A stretch of DNA of 55,783 nucleotides, counting the filler, from Dimargaris cristalligena (taxonomy: Eukaryota), in NCBI GenBank assembly GCA_003614675.1. It is 2 parts of 2 records of this genome, joined end to end, with 100 filler letters (N's around TTAATTAATTAA, not from the genome) between each part and the next. Parts side by side here need not be neighbours in the genome. Positions count along the whole stretch, not along the records: positions 1 to 27,880 come from ML002508.1; 1 more part is not named here. One strand, written 5' to 3'. Below, piece after piece: positions 1 through 13,475 of this stretch. The notes beneath the pieces were generated by a model. That model ran no database searches. It was not told the origin of the DNA and saw only the letters and a list, made by a program, of their open reading frames with translations. The stretch's first letter is position 1. Every line of letters begins with the position of its first letter. The position numbers were made by a program, and so were the translations under genes.

Positions 1-392
1 AAGGTCCCAGAATATTGGATGACTAAGCAGAGGGAAAGGGAGGGGAGTTCCCAGACAATAATATTAGTCATTACAAAGGATAGGTAATACTCAGGTAACC
101 AATAAATTCAATGTGAAACAGTAGAAGGGAAAAAGAGAAAGCTATTTTTAACTGTACTTTGAATAGGGGCACAGTCGGGCCAGGGGCAGTGTGAATGCAG
201 GGGTACAGTCTAGTCAGGGGCAGGGGCTCATTCACTCGTTAGGGGCATACTTCCAATAAGTGCAAAAAATAGATAAAAAATAAAAGTGAGTAAAATGTGG
301 TAAGTTTACCACAGGTTTCATGAGAATTTACAATAAATAAATTTATATTATAGTGGGCATTGTATTATTATTAGGCACAATATAATGAGCTT

Positions 393-1215
393 ATGACCTA
401 TGGTACTACCTCCCCCACATCTGGCCCTAGTGTAGGACTGTTACCAAGTCATTTGACAGGAGGCTTCTACAAAATAAGATTTTTCATAACAATGCAGAAA
501 AGTGCTCTGGTCTTACAGGTATATTTTCATTTGAAGATAATCAGACCAGCCCTAATAACAAAACCCTTCATTATTCTCCATCATGCCATATTCAGGGGAG
601 ATGAAGCTGCTTGTCAGTCATTGTAATGCACTGCCAATGTTTCAAATCTTACCTTACCAGATAGGCTTGCCTATCACTTAAATAATCCCTATCCAGCCAT
701 AGTATTGTCATAGTCAAATAGTGTGCCCATAATGAACAGGACACACCTTTGTACCTTCAGTTATGGATGTAAACCACAGATGAAATGAACATTGACAATG
801 ACTGTTCAGGGTACAAGTGGTATAGGCCACACAAATCCAATCACTCTTTTTTTCATTATTGTATATTGATTTCTGTGGATACTGGGATGGAAATGGCAGG
901 TCTGCATGGTGTATTCCCTTGAACAATTATTCAGTCATGATTCTATAAAGTCACGTGAATATAGCCTCCTGATTTTCTTACAAGTTTCCTTTCCTCTTAT
1001 TGTTTTAGTGGTCTCCTTTGGCCTGTGACATCTATTCAGAATAATCTTTGATAATCTAGGTACTATCTTTGTCCTATAACCCCAGTACACATTTTTCAAC
1101 ATAGGTGAGTCCCCCCTGGCACCCACCACCTCAATCCCCCTCTTTGAAATAGTATGTGGTCAAAGTTAGGCCAGTAGATGACCATGGAAGAACCCCACAG
1201 CATTTTAGCCCCCTA
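393..1215. repeat. Degenerate repeat module A, copy 1 (transposon-like relic, residual coding on minus strand)
   Basis: Aligns by eye with ~4731-5560 (e.g. gacaggaggcttct, acaatgcagaa, ggtgtattcccttgaacaatt, cagtcatgattctataaag). Many stops; CpG nearly absent. Confidence 0.75.
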
Positions 1216-1249
1216 TTTGTCTCGGGGTTGCTTCAATACATAGCCAGTA

Positions 1250-2190
1250 ACTAATAGCAAGCATGTTGAAAAATATATCTTGACAAGTCTTTTATCCTAT
1301 CCTGTTTCCTCCAATTACGTTAGTTTATTAAGCTAACCTGAGCCCACTCTTTTTAACTACTTTTCTTTTGCCCTACTGATTATACTGTGTTGGCCTGCCT
1401 AATCCTTCCTAAAAACAGGAATACCAATTGTCCCATCCTATCTTGCCTTATAGCACCATATTACCCCACCTTTAACTATATAACCCACTATGACTAGGTC
1501 CTAATGTTTCTCACACCATACTCCACTGGCTGATCTAATATTCCTCCTTTCCCAGTGGAGTCTTCCAGAAGCAAGCCCCAGTCGAGACTCTACCCCCCAC
1601 CTCTTTATCTAATCATTCTATTTCTCTTAGGGACCTCTCACTATGAACAGTCCCTGCATATAAATAACTGGGCCCCTCTGGGACAGGTTTAGTTCTTCAG
1701 CTTATTTTTTACCCCCATAGTTTACCTCAATAAACTCCCTATATACTCACCCACCCTTGTACTGACCAGTAAGTGTACACTGCTGCACGTCCCTTGCATA
1801 GTTGCTGCACTTACCCTTATTGGGTTAGTACTATCCAATATGGGACATCTACTACCCACCAATAAGAGTGATGTAGATCACTGTAGATCATCATAGATCT
1901 TTCCTGGTCATGGCAGGCCAATTATAAGGCTGCTATACTATTCACGTGATTATTACTACATAAAAAAAGTTTTATTCCTCTTAGATGAATGGAATCATCA
2001 ATCCAATATTCACATATATAAACTAATTAAAGTTCTCCTCCGGGGAACAGTAGATCCTCTGAATATCAATGATTTTGACAAGTACCACCCTGTACCTAAT
2101 GCTAGTAGCCACTTGGCCAAGCCTAAGCCCACCTACCATTAGAAGCCTATCCCCGGGAATTTTGATAGACTAAGAGCAGTAAACCTGGGT
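1250..2190. mobile_element. Degenerate LTR-like repeat module B, copy 1
   Basis: Aligns with ~6830-7500 (ctatataacccactatgac, tataaataac, caataaactc, cacctaccattagaagcctatcccc). A TATA-like motif is followed by AATAAA, as in LTRs. Confidence 0.55.
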
Positions 2191-4730
2191 GACAAGCCAC
2201 AATAAGGTAAACTATAGACTATGCACTGTGGCCTCTATTATTATTGTATATTGTTAAATTAAGCAAACAAATTCTGCACTAGGAAAATTAGAATTATAGG
2301 TGAAATTGAAAATGCCAGTTGCTCAAGTGCAGCCTAGGGGCTTTCTGGGTGGATATTAAATCAAGCAGTGTCAGATTTTCTATTCAGGCATCCTATGGAT
2401 GGGGGGGGGGGTGGTGTGATATATAATGATATTGGGGCATGGGGAACTGATAGGGTAAGTGTATATGAGGCAAGTATGCAAATATCTGATGATTGGAGGG
2501 GTTATTCTAGAAGGATATTCATGTTAGGAGCTGGATGACCCAGTGGGTTATCCAAGTAGGAGGGGTGCTAATCAAACATCAAATACTCAACGGGATACCG
2601 GGTATAAAGTATTTGGTGTCACCCCCAGCTGTGAGCATTTTAAGGCCATTGGGAAATAACTTATCACCATAATACCAAAGGGATCCACTGATAATCCCCG
2701 GGTACTGGTACCATCAGTGAGATTGTCCCATGTGATCCTCCTAGTTGTCTATTTTGAACTAGTCCAATATTCAATAGCTGCAACAATATTAGGCCAATTT
2801 GAGCCCAACATGGGTACTGCATCTGGCAACCTATCTCTAGAACTTCAACTTATACTCTAGACCCTGCTCCTCTTTGTATATTGGCTGTATTGTTTACATA
2901 TTCGATTACATTCCAAATATTGATTTTTCTATATAAATACTTAAGAGATATGGCTAACTCATCAGCTGGCTAATAAGTTACCTGATATAAGCAGTGATTC
3001 AAATAAACATATTAGAATTCATAGTTACATCATATCTTAGTTAAATAGTATACTAAAATATGAATTGTCAATTATGCTAATGCAAAATTGAGTACTAGTC
3101 ACCCCCCTTACCATTTTGGGGCTCCATGACACTCCATAAGCCACTCTTTCTTAGTTAGACTAAACATGATGGGGCAACATAAAGGGGATGGATGTGCATG
3201 CTAAACTTTTAAGGGAAGGCAGGATAAATACCCCAGCTCAACCATATGGAATATGCATTATAAAATGGGATTGAATATATCCCATGTATAGTACATGGTG
3301 CATGCCGATTGATTGTAAGAAAGATTGTAGAAATAGACGTCATATAAATTTCTAGAATGTATTAGGTGGTAAACTAGAGCAGCAACGAGCTATGTTATCT
3401 TCAATAAATTCAACAGTCAAATCCTTTAAATAGTCAATATAAGGGTATATATATACATAGATTTATACCAGGATATTTTATGTCAACGCCGAGATGATAC
3501 ATGCTAACTAGTCAGGCAGACAGTGGAAAACCAGTGGGGTTGCAAAATCAATTAAAATAATGTTAAATGAACTACTATACTATTATTTAACCAATATGAC
3601 AAATAGACGATTCTCACAGATTGATGCAGAGTGTATTTCCAGTCATCAATACCTGATTTAATAATACTAGTTGAAAGTGCAGCCGGTCTACAAAAAACTG
3701 GATATACCATCCTGACTAACATATACGATTTAACCCAGTGATGTAATTGTTAATGTACCCATTTCAGTCAGCCAATTCAATAATTTCCATCAAAACAAAC
3801 AAAGATACTCTTCCACAGCCCCTCCATTATCCATACTGCCCCAATGGCATTATCATCTATATAGAATAATTCAACCCAGTTGCCTTGTTATCAGCCTTTA
3901 TTCTATGCTTAATTTTAAATGAAGGTATATCAGAAAATAGACAAGGCTCAATGAGTGAATACAAATTGTGGTATAAAAAGGATGCCACCTCCAGCTAAAT
4001 ACTAAAAAACTATATCTACAAAATTATTTGAAACATTTATTAAAAAAAAACATTTAACCTGCACTTTGGCAGGCACCTCCTGATTTCTAATTATTCAGAG
4101 GCTGCTACAATCTCCCCAGTCCTGTCTGCCTTGGACAGTTCCGCTCTGGGGTCACCTACAGGGTAATCCTTTAGGCCAAATGAAGGATACCCGGCAGAAC
4201 CCTGTTGAGGGTGCTTAAAAATAATTGTACCCTGCATTATTGCAGGGTGTGGCCTATAAGTGCTAATACTGGTGGCTGCCGGGAAGAGGGTAGAAGGCCT
4301 TTGTATGGCCATTTAAAAAAAGATTGACAAAAGAAAAAAAAAAGTGGTGAAGTGGAAAGCAACTTTGTGGGTAGGATGATGGCAAAATTGCTGGAGAAAG
4401 TATTCGAGGGTATAAAGTTGATGTTAGGATACAGGGGGGGGGGATTTTCTTGTATTTATATAGCCACTGCTAGCGATTCTATTCTTCAGATATAGTACAG
4501 GGTGTCTACATATTTTTTCAAAGTAGACTGCAACCAGGTATCTATTCTAATATCTATTATGGGAGACAATTCCCAAATTAGTTATGAATATTAGGAACGG
4601 GCCAAGTTCTAGATATCACACCCCGGTATCCCCTTTATTACTACGTTTAATAGCTTCATGTATGTCTACAATCAAACAATATATGTTATTATAGTCATTA
4701 TACTATATTTAAGCACGTTCGTTTGGTGGT

Positions 4731-5560
4731 ATGACCTAAGTCGCTAGCTGCGGCACCTGGTCCTATGATAGGTTTATAGCCAAGGCTTTCGACAGGAGGC
4801 TTCTTCAAAATATAATTTTTCAAGACGACAATGCAGAATTGTGCCCTGGACTTCCAGGTCTGTTTTCATTCGAGGATGATCAGAACAGCCATACCGGTTA
4901 GACCCTGTATTGTTATCTGCTGTTTGCCTTATTTGGGTAAGACGGATCTACCTTTCGCACATTGTAATACACTACCAATGGCTCCAACTTAACCTTATCA
5001 GTTAGGCTTAATTACCAACCAAGCGGTTACCAACGAGACATAGTATAACAACGGCTAAATGCTGGGCCCCTGATAGAAAAGGTGAAGGTTCTTGTCCTTC
5101 GGTGATCGGCCAGAATAATAGGCCGACCAGTAATTATTCATGAACATTCAAAGTACAATTTGGATTGACTAGACACATCAACTCACTGTTTTTTTTATTC
5201 GTATAAGTTGGTATCTGTGGGTACTGGGATGGAGGTGGCAGGTCTGAATGGTGTATTCCCTTGAACAATTTTTCAGTCATGATTCTATAAAGCCACGTGA
5301 AAATAACCTTCCAAATTCCCTACGAGTTTCCTTTCCTCTTATTATTTTAGTGGTCTCCTTTGGTTTTTGAATTCTATTAGGAATTATCAGACAATCCAGG
5401 TCCTATCTTTGTCCCGTAGCCCTGGTACACATTTTTTAACCTTAGTGAGTCCGCCCCCAACCCTGACTCCCACCACCCCAATCTCTCCGTTTGACAAAGC
5501 ATATGGCCAAAATTAGGTCACTGGATCACCACATAAGGACTCCATGTTATTTTAGCCCCC
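4731..5560. repeat. Degenerate repeat module A, copy 2
   Basis: Diverged direct copy of 393-1215; retains more CpG than copy 1. Confidence 0.75.
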
Positions 5561-6829
5561 TGTTGGCCCGAGGGATGCTTCGATGTCTGGCGAGTAGTCA
5601 GCAGCAAACACCATTGTTCAACTGGCTGGTCGCACCAGTCTGGAATCTTTATTATGATGAGGGGAGGGGCGTATTGAAGAACTAGGGATTATATATCTGG
5701 TTCGCGATTTCCTACCCAAAGTATGGGTTGTAATGGTTTGGGGCTTTAAAGGACTCGTCCATAATCCCCGTCATATTACTGTCCTTGCATTATGTTTTCT
5801 ATGGTTTTCAACAATAGTTGGGGAATGTAGTACATGTTAATTTACTGTATTGGGTCACATCCCAGTACAGTTTATGCCAATATTTTTTATGGGTGAGGTA
5901 TAGCTAGGCAATGCAATAAAATAACCATTTGGCGGGACAGGTAGTGTTGGCTTAAATATTACTCTGTCTATTGTCCCAAATATATATTTACTATTTAAAG
6001 TCGTCTGGGGCCGAGTCGAGGTTCACTTGTGTAGACACTTACCGCTCAGGTATACTCCTCACCAATATCAGACTATTTTAGCAAGAATGCCCTACACTTA
6101 TCCTGCCCAAGGTACTACCTTATAGCTTGGTATGTCCTATTCCTCCACTTCCCCCATACATAATTTAATACATCGGTAAACCACCACCATGTGCCAGACC
6201 GACTGCTATTGGTAGACGGCCTACCCATGAAAACACCCCACCGGTAATTCAATTTAGTTGACCCCTTCTCTCCAATTTACAAGAGCGTCACAACAGCCCA
6301 TCACGCCAAAAGGGTGAAAGGGTGCGAACATAGCCTCGCTGTCATAGTGTTCCCCGCTCTAGTTTGTCCCTACAAATTGGTCGTAGATCCCATTTGTTAA
6401 GTTATCAAATTGGTCCCCGGTGCAAATTCATTAGCATATTTCCGCCGTAGACTTATAGTACAGGGGGGGGCTGCCGAAATTGAGCCAAGGTAAGAGTATG
6501 GGGCCACCGCCCCCTTGGCCAATCTTTTTGTAGCCTTTTGGCCATTGAAATGACCCAAAGCTGATTTTGACGTATCAAAGGATTTGGAAGCCATAGTACA
6601 CCAACCCCATGGTAGTTAAGTGTTGGGTGTAAGGGAGGAGGGTTATAACATATTGTATATGTATGGCTTTAAATCAACAAAGCCAGAGTTTCCATAATAA
6701 AGAGAAGGGGCAACCTCCACTAACTACATAGCTTGCGACTGGGGTAGTGCCTGGGGCCATTCCATTGTAGCTATATGTCCCCTTGACCTCTTTTAGGTAT
6801 AACTATTTAGGGGATGGAAAAGTATTGGA

Positions 6830-7500
6830 TATTATCAGCAAGCCTCTGCAATGTATTAATAAATTGACAGGGCAACACCTGACTTCCAATAAACCAATAT
6901 CACCCCCCCCCTAGCCCACAGTCAATTTTTCCAAAATCTTGAACTGATGGTGTCAGCCCACCTAATCCTCCCAAAATATGGGAATACTGATTATCCTGTC
7001 CAATCTTGCCTTATTGTGCCATATTACTCTTCCCTTGCTATATAACCCACTATGACCAGGCCCCAGCACTTCTCATGCAATACTCCACCAGCAGATCTAA
7101 TGTTTCTCCTTTCTTAGTAGAGTCTTCTGGACACAAGCCCCCTGGTCGAGGCCCTGCCCCTCACCTCTCTTTTAGTCATCCCATTGCTCTTAAGGACCCC
7201 TTGTTATGAGAGGTCCCTGTGTATAAATAACCGGGGCCCTCTAGGACTGGTTCAGTTCCTTAGCTTATTTCTTATACCCCTCAGTTTATTCAATAAACTC
7301 TATATACTCTTACCCATTATATTAGCCAGTAAGTGTGCCTGCTGTATGTTCCTTGCATTAGTCCACACTTATCCTTTATTGGTTAGCACCAATCCTACCC
7401 TGATGCTAGTAGCCTGCTTGGCCGAGTCTAAGCCCCACCTACCATTAGAAGCCTATCCCCAGGACTCTTGATGGACTAAGAGTGGATAACCCGGGCGACA
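6830..7500. mobile_element. Degenerate LTR-like repeat module B, copy 2
   Basis: Diverged direct copy of 1250-2190 lacking an internal segment of roughly 250 bp. Confidence 0.55.
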
Positions 7501-8440
7501 GGCCATATAGGGATAATTAAGATAGTATGTAAATGGCTTATTGTATAGATATAATAATGAAAGGGATCTCCTAAGCCAAGGGGGAGGCGGGAGAGCATGG
7601 TTTAGGATAACAACTGTCGAGATGGGAGTAAATCCACCCATTCTGCTGGTTGTTACACTAGCTCTACTAATGGCCGAGTGGGCTGTTAGAACCCTATTAG
7701 TCACCAATGTGCCAGAAATATATAGTCAAGATGGACAGGGTCAAGTATTATAGTGAGGCAGAATAGATGAGGTCGGGTCTGTTGATTTTAAAGGCCGGCA
7801 ATAGGGGAAAATAGGCTTCGTGCCAAGTTAAGTAGCGGAATTTGGCGAACGAAGCCGGCCTGGGCTGAAGCCAAGATACCACGGTATGGTGGAGGTTCAG
7901 CCCAGACATATAATGTAAAGTCAATAGCTTTAGACGGGTTGTAAGTGTAAGAAGTAATTGGTTCCCATTTTTCTATACAGATGACTCCCTCAAATCGAAC
8001 CGTCCTAAACGTATTACAGGAAGAGGTTATTACTTATTATTCTCAGGTCAGTCCACACCCAATAACCACTCCCCGCCCATGGATGGATTGGGTAGGGGAG
8101 GTATACCCTCTCTTATTCAATGCGGAGTTATAGTTAAACCGACTAAAGGTTGCGAAAAGCCCACTACTGTATCTAAATTTATCATACAAGCATCATAATC
8201 TTTAGGGGTTGGAGTTTATTAGCTATCATCTAGTATCAACAACCAAAACAAATTGGGTGAATTGAAAATTGCCCAAAGGGAAAGCAAATTGGCAACTTCT
8301 CTTAGGGTGAATTAAAGGGTGAGAAAGGGCAATTGTAAGAGTTGGGTATGCGCATCGAGTCCCAGAAGGAGATTGCTAAAAATCGAATGTTATACGCGTG
8401 CATATATATATTTATATATATAACTATAATCTGCCTTGGC

Positions 8441-10126
8441 TTATTCCGACGGAGGAGGGGGGCGCGCAAAGCTCCTACCAATACCGTCTTTAGTGAAATG
8501 TTGCCGCCAAAGAACCTCCTGGATGTAGGGCTGTTTCCGGAAGGACTCGGGGTTATCCGTAGTCTTCAATTTAGGTGACTCTCCATCGACGGCGGCATGG
8601 GATGGTAGGCAGTTTTTAGGACAGGAGTAGATAAATAATGAGCCCCAATCTAATGATGCGGGAAGTGCATCGTTGGTGCCCAAGTAGTATAACAGTTGGG
8701 GAAGAATCTAATGAATACATAAGCAAAGGAGGAAGTGGAACAAAATAGTCCATAGTTAGACAGTGGATAAGGTGGGCTAAAGATGGGGCGTTCGATGGCC
8801 AGCTTTCATACACACTAACTCTCCTCTAAGTGTCCTTCGGCCATTTAATGCGGCAATATTACCTGGAATTCAAAACTGCGGGGTGAACCACACTGTTCGC
8901 AGAGGGCAATATCACCGGGATGGGGCTTGTCGGCGTCGCTCACAAAAAGGGGCACATTGTCATCGCGGTCGTACATTGTACGAACGTAGCGTAGCACCTG
9001 GGAAGGGTTATGGTTTGTGCGTTTCTGGAACTCCAGGAACGCCCGATCGACGGCGGTTTCCGAATCTTCCAGGTCTTCCTGGGTGTCGAGCTCGGTGTCC
9101 ATATCCACCCGTTGGAGGATGGCCTCCATTTCGGCGTCGTCCCGGTTTTTATGGGTATCTAAGGCTTCGGGCTCGGACACGATTTCTAAGAGCGGGAACA
9201 TGAGTTGGGCTTGGAGGCGGGTAACGGGTTCGGTCGTATCGGGGGTCGCGGTGGCCGGCGTCGGGGGCGGAGTAGCGGTAGTTGAAGTGGCGCACTGGGT
9301 GCGGTGGTTGCCTGTCCTCCAGTCGGCGATTTGGTGCTGGCGGGAGCAGTAGTGGGTGGATTTGCAACGACTACAGGCCTTGCTGCCGGCTAGACCGCAT
9401 ACAACACAAAGATTGGCTGTTCGTAGGGTGATATGGATAATTAAGGGTAGCAGGGAGAGGGGGGTACATGCGTATTAGTGGATAGAGGGGCTAATTATCC
9501 CCCGCGGCTACAAATAGTACTTAAAAACTTGAAGAATTTCACCAAATAGACACCGATCTACTCTGCTGAAAGACTTAGTTATTTTCTGGATACATCACCA
9601 CAGTTCCATTTGTTTGGTATCTAAAAAAACCCGCATAGTAAAACATACCAGGCTTGCAGTCAGGATTCCGGGTCCAGACAATATCGTCTTCGGACTGGTC
9701 TTCATCGTCGCTGTTTTCCTCGTCGGACGGTGCCGGCGATAGCTCAGCGGGCTTTGATGTATAGTAGGGATTGGTCTCCGGCAATTGGGACCGAAACACC
9801 TTAAAACAGCGCTGAAACGAGTTTCCGGCGTGGCAGTTGCCATTTTTACAGCAGAATACGTAGACCATGCGATGAAAGGCCTCGCGGGGCTCGTCCTCGG
9901 GCGTGTAGAGCTGCATCAGCAGGGGCATGGGGGTGTCGCAGGCCCCACACAGCACCCGGTCGGCGGATAAGGGCTGGGTGGGATCCAACCAGGTGGGGTG
10001 GCCGCCGATTTGGTTGGGAAAGGGTTCGCTGGCGAAGAAGGAGTCGGGTTCTTCGGCGAAGCCAAGCTCGACATGTTCGGTGGCGGCCTGGGTGACGGGG
10101 GTGGGTGTAGCAAGGGGCTCGGACAT
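8441..10126 (-). CDS. PDCD2: PDCD2/TSR4-family protein (MYND zinc finger + PDCD2_C; uS5 chaperone family); exons 10126-9649, 9416-8863, 8707-8441
   Basis: IGGHPTWL..CGAC..LLMQLY..FHRMVYVFCC; MYND CVVCG..CSRCK..YCSRQHQ..DW..H..C; QVLRY, FEFQ|ILPQLL, LDWGSLFIYSC. GT-AG introns keep the frame. Confidence 0.93.
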
Positions 10127-10883
10127 GGCTTAAACGGGGATTAGCCAATGTAAAGGGGGAGGTCAAGGACGATTATAGGACTAGGGCTTCGCGGATGGAG
10201 GCGGTGGGAGATATTTTAGTTATTTATCTATAAGCACACCGGGCGGTAGGTCGAGGTCGTAAATTGGCAAGAAATAGCCCGGGTTAGTGGAAAAGAGAGG
10301 GCCGCCTAGTAGGATCGGCCAATGGCGAAGGGTCGAGTGGTGTGCCGCTTCCGTTTGTGAATGAAGGTTTACCAACCCACTCTCTTTTTCCCTGGAGGAC
10401 TTTACTAACCCGGAATAGGGGATAATAATGCATTGGGCCACTCAATTTTTAGGTTGGATGCTCAAAAAAAAGTTAGAGCAGTTGAGTGGTTTGTAGTCCT
10501 ATATATGTCCCACCGTGGGGGAAAAATTGAGATATGGGATTGAACACTGATTGCCTAACTGGTGTGATGTTGTACACTCCGCTCTCGGTCTTCAGGCAGT
10601 CACACCGTCGCCGCATTCCCATCACCTTGAGCCGCGCACCCTCTTCAGGTGCATATATCATTCGTTGCCCCTCTTTTGGTAATGCTGCCCTCCTTTCGAC
10701 ATGGGTGGGTATATGCACCTGAACTCTTTTCTGCTTATAGTCCCTACCGCCATCCTTCTTCCTGGCTCTTCTTCCTTACCTTCACTTTCACGTTCCAATA
10801 CTACTTACTATCTATTTGTCCCTTGGCTATATTCTCCAACCCCTTTCTCTTTATAGTATCCGTTACTTTTCCGTTTTGCAACT

Positions 10884-11831
10884 ATGCTTCCACGACTGCT
10901 AGCCTTCCGCCCGACCCTGGCCCCACTTTCCCGCCCGGTGCTAACTCCGACTACTCCCCGGCTCGCTACTCTGATGAGCGGATCCTTTCCCAGACTGGCC
11001 CAGCGTACCCCGGACTCGGTCGACTCTACTACTACTACTACCGCTGGCCCGGAAAACCCCGCCGCCGTGGCCGACGTCACCTTACCTAAACGGGCCTCAT
11101 CCCTGGTAAGCTCGATTCTGCACGGTTCCCCAAAGGCCAAGCAAGAGGCCCGCGACACATTCTCGCGCCTGTTGGCCCGGGGCAAGTACGTTCACGAAAT
11201 TTGCGAACACTCCGTCAAGCCCGACTGCCACGACGAATACGTGGCCCTCATTTCCGACTTTTACCCCCGGCTGACCCGTGACATGAACCCCAGGGTCAAA
11301 CTGTGCGGGAGTTGGCAAACCGACGTGGGCCGTCTGGATAATTTTGTGCACATTTGGGAATACGAGGGCTACCCGGCCCACGGGGAATTACTACACCAAC
11401 TCAAAACCAACTCCGAGTACCTCGAATTCCAACGCCACTGTATGAAGCTGCTAGCCCGGCGCAACAGCCAGATTATGCTCGAGTTTGCCTTTTGGCCCAC
11501 CAGTCCACCCGTTACCACCCATGGCGTGTATGAACTACGGAGCTACCGACTCAAGCCCGGCAACCTGCTCGAGTGGGAGAGTAACTGGCGCAAGGGTATC
11601 GAGTGCCGTAAGGGGTTGGAACACCCCATCGGTGCCTGGTTCTCCCAACTCGGCGGACTGAATCAAGTACACCACATGTGGGCTTACCCTGATTTGGAAA
11701 CTCGTAAACGGGCCCGTGAGGAGGCGTGGTCCAATGACGCCTGGGCCCAAACAGTCTACAATACCGTTCGGCTTATTGACGAGATGCATGCCAGTATCCT
11801 GTCCCCGTTACCATTCAGTCCCCTAAAGTAA
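10884..11831 (+). CDS. NIPSNAP: NIPSNAP-family mitochondrial protein
   Basis: Arg/Leu-rich presequence; VHIWEYEGY, YELRSYRLKPGNLLEW, GAWFSQLGGLNQVHHMWAYPDLETRK, PFSPLK. Confidence 0.93.
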   Translation: MLPRLLAFRPTLAPLSRPVLTPTTPRLATLMSGSFPRLAQRTPDSVDSTTTTTAGPENPAAVADVTLPKRASSLVSSILHGSPKAKQEARDTFSRLLARGKYVHEICEHSVKPDCHDEYVALISDFYPRLTRDMNPRVKLCGSWQTDVGRLDNFVHIWEYEGYPAHGELLHQLKTNSEYLEFQRHCMKLLARRNSQIMLEFAFWPTSPPVTTHGVYELRSYRLKPGNLLEWESNWRKGIECRKGLEHPIGAWFSQLGGLNQVHHMWAYPDLETRKRAREEAWSNDAWAQTVYNTVRLIDEMHASILSPLPFSPLK

Positions 11832-13205
11832 ACCTTGGGGGTGCCCTCCTCCCCTCTAATTCGAGACGGCGCTGAACCCCCCTGCTGGTCTGTTTGACTT
11901 GCGTCTTCTTTCCACACCACCTCGCTTTTACCTTCCTTTATATAGTAGTGACATATTGCCCGCTGGCGCTAGCGCGTGACCTAGTTGTGTCCCTTCGTTT
12001 TCCTACGCCTTTTTACTGATACAATTCACCGGATCCACCATCCGTTTAACTCCAAATCTATCATTATACATATATATCAGCTGTATACAGTTATTCTGGG
12101 CGATCGGAAGATGAGCCGCCGTCATTGAAATGTTCTAAACCGATGCTTGTATGTTACGTATATGCCCCCGTTCTCGCAGCTATAAACACCCCCTCTTAAA
12201 ATCATTTCCACACTGGCATTTAGTGCAGGGTTTCAGAGAACCTTATTGGTAGTAAGGTGATGTCACGGTGATGCAGTTACTTAGAGATCACTATTGCATA
12301 TACGATGACAGTAGGAAGGCCGGTTATTGTCTTGCTTTAGATTTACTGGATTTATATAAATCAAATCTCAAACGCCAGGTAAGTTATGCCGAGAGAGGGA
12401 TTATGGCGATTTATAAAAATAGGGAAGGCCCTCTCACATCCTACTAACCCACATACCCAGTCAGAGGAGAGGGGGGAGGGTTTAGTTAGTTATTTAGGGA
12501 TCATGCTATATACCAATGCAATCGAGTCTCACTGAGGTTTCAGTTGGAGTGATTCGGGTAGAAATCTATTTCGAGTTAAAACCAACCCGGAACACCGTTT
12601 TACCGAGAGTTTACACCCACAGTACCGGACCAAGGGGATGAAGGGTGCCTATTAGACTCGCACACCTTTTCCAAGCTCGGTGAGCCGTTGAAAATCACAG
12701 TTGTAATGATGATGACAGGCTGAGGTAGCGGTGACCCCACCCCCTTCTTCTCCCGTATTGCTTCTTCAAGAGACTCCTCTTAATCGGGCGAGACCTTAGT
12801 ATCCCAATGGCACTGACTGAGCTACTCTTAGATTCAGTCAGCCAGTCAATCAGTCAGTCAGTCCAGTCAGCGGTGGGTGGTGGATTCATACGCCCAGCTC
12901 AGTTGAGACTCGGAGGGGGCGGCGGCTCTCAATGGATACTACTAGGTGTATAGGATTCAGCGCCCAACTGATACGCCTAATGAAACCCCTCTAGCATGAC
13001 ATATGGGCGTATATATATATATAGAGAGAGAGAAGGCGAGCGCCCGGAACCAGGCTTCAACTTCAGTTTCCTCTCCTTCGTTGTATCCATCATCCTTTCC
13101 ACCGTATAAAACCCCTAGTCTTCTCTAGAGCCCCCCCCCCCTTCTCCACCGCTCTTTCATTCTAATTATCCCCCCTTACACCCCTCCTCCTCTTCAACCA
13201 TAATC

Positions 13206-13475
13206 ATGTCTTCCCACCACGACTCTACCGCCAACAAGCAGCAGTCCTCCGAGTACTTCAACATCGGCGACAAGGTGATGTTCCACTTGAACGACCAGGA
13301 CCGTTCCATGAAAAAGGGTACTGTCATGGACATTGCCATCCAGAGCGCCTTCGAGGGCCAGACCAAGCCCGGCCACCCCGAGCGCTGGAACCAGGAGCAC
13401 CACCGCTTCATGGTTAAGGACGAATCCGGTAACGAGCACGTCCTAAAGCGCGAGTGCATCGACAAGCGGGCCTAA
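13206..13475 (+). CDS. Small (89 aa) SH3/Tudor-like protein, possibly Hva1/DUF2945-like
   Basis: C-ending codon bias, upstream TATAAAA and pyrimidine-rich leader; FNIGDKV..GTV..RFMVKDESGNE pattern. Confidence 0.65.
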   Translation: MSSHHDSTANKQQSSEYFNIGDKVMFHLNDQDRSMKKGTVMDIAIQSAFEGQTKPGHPERWNQEHHRFMVKDESGNEHVLKRECIDKRA

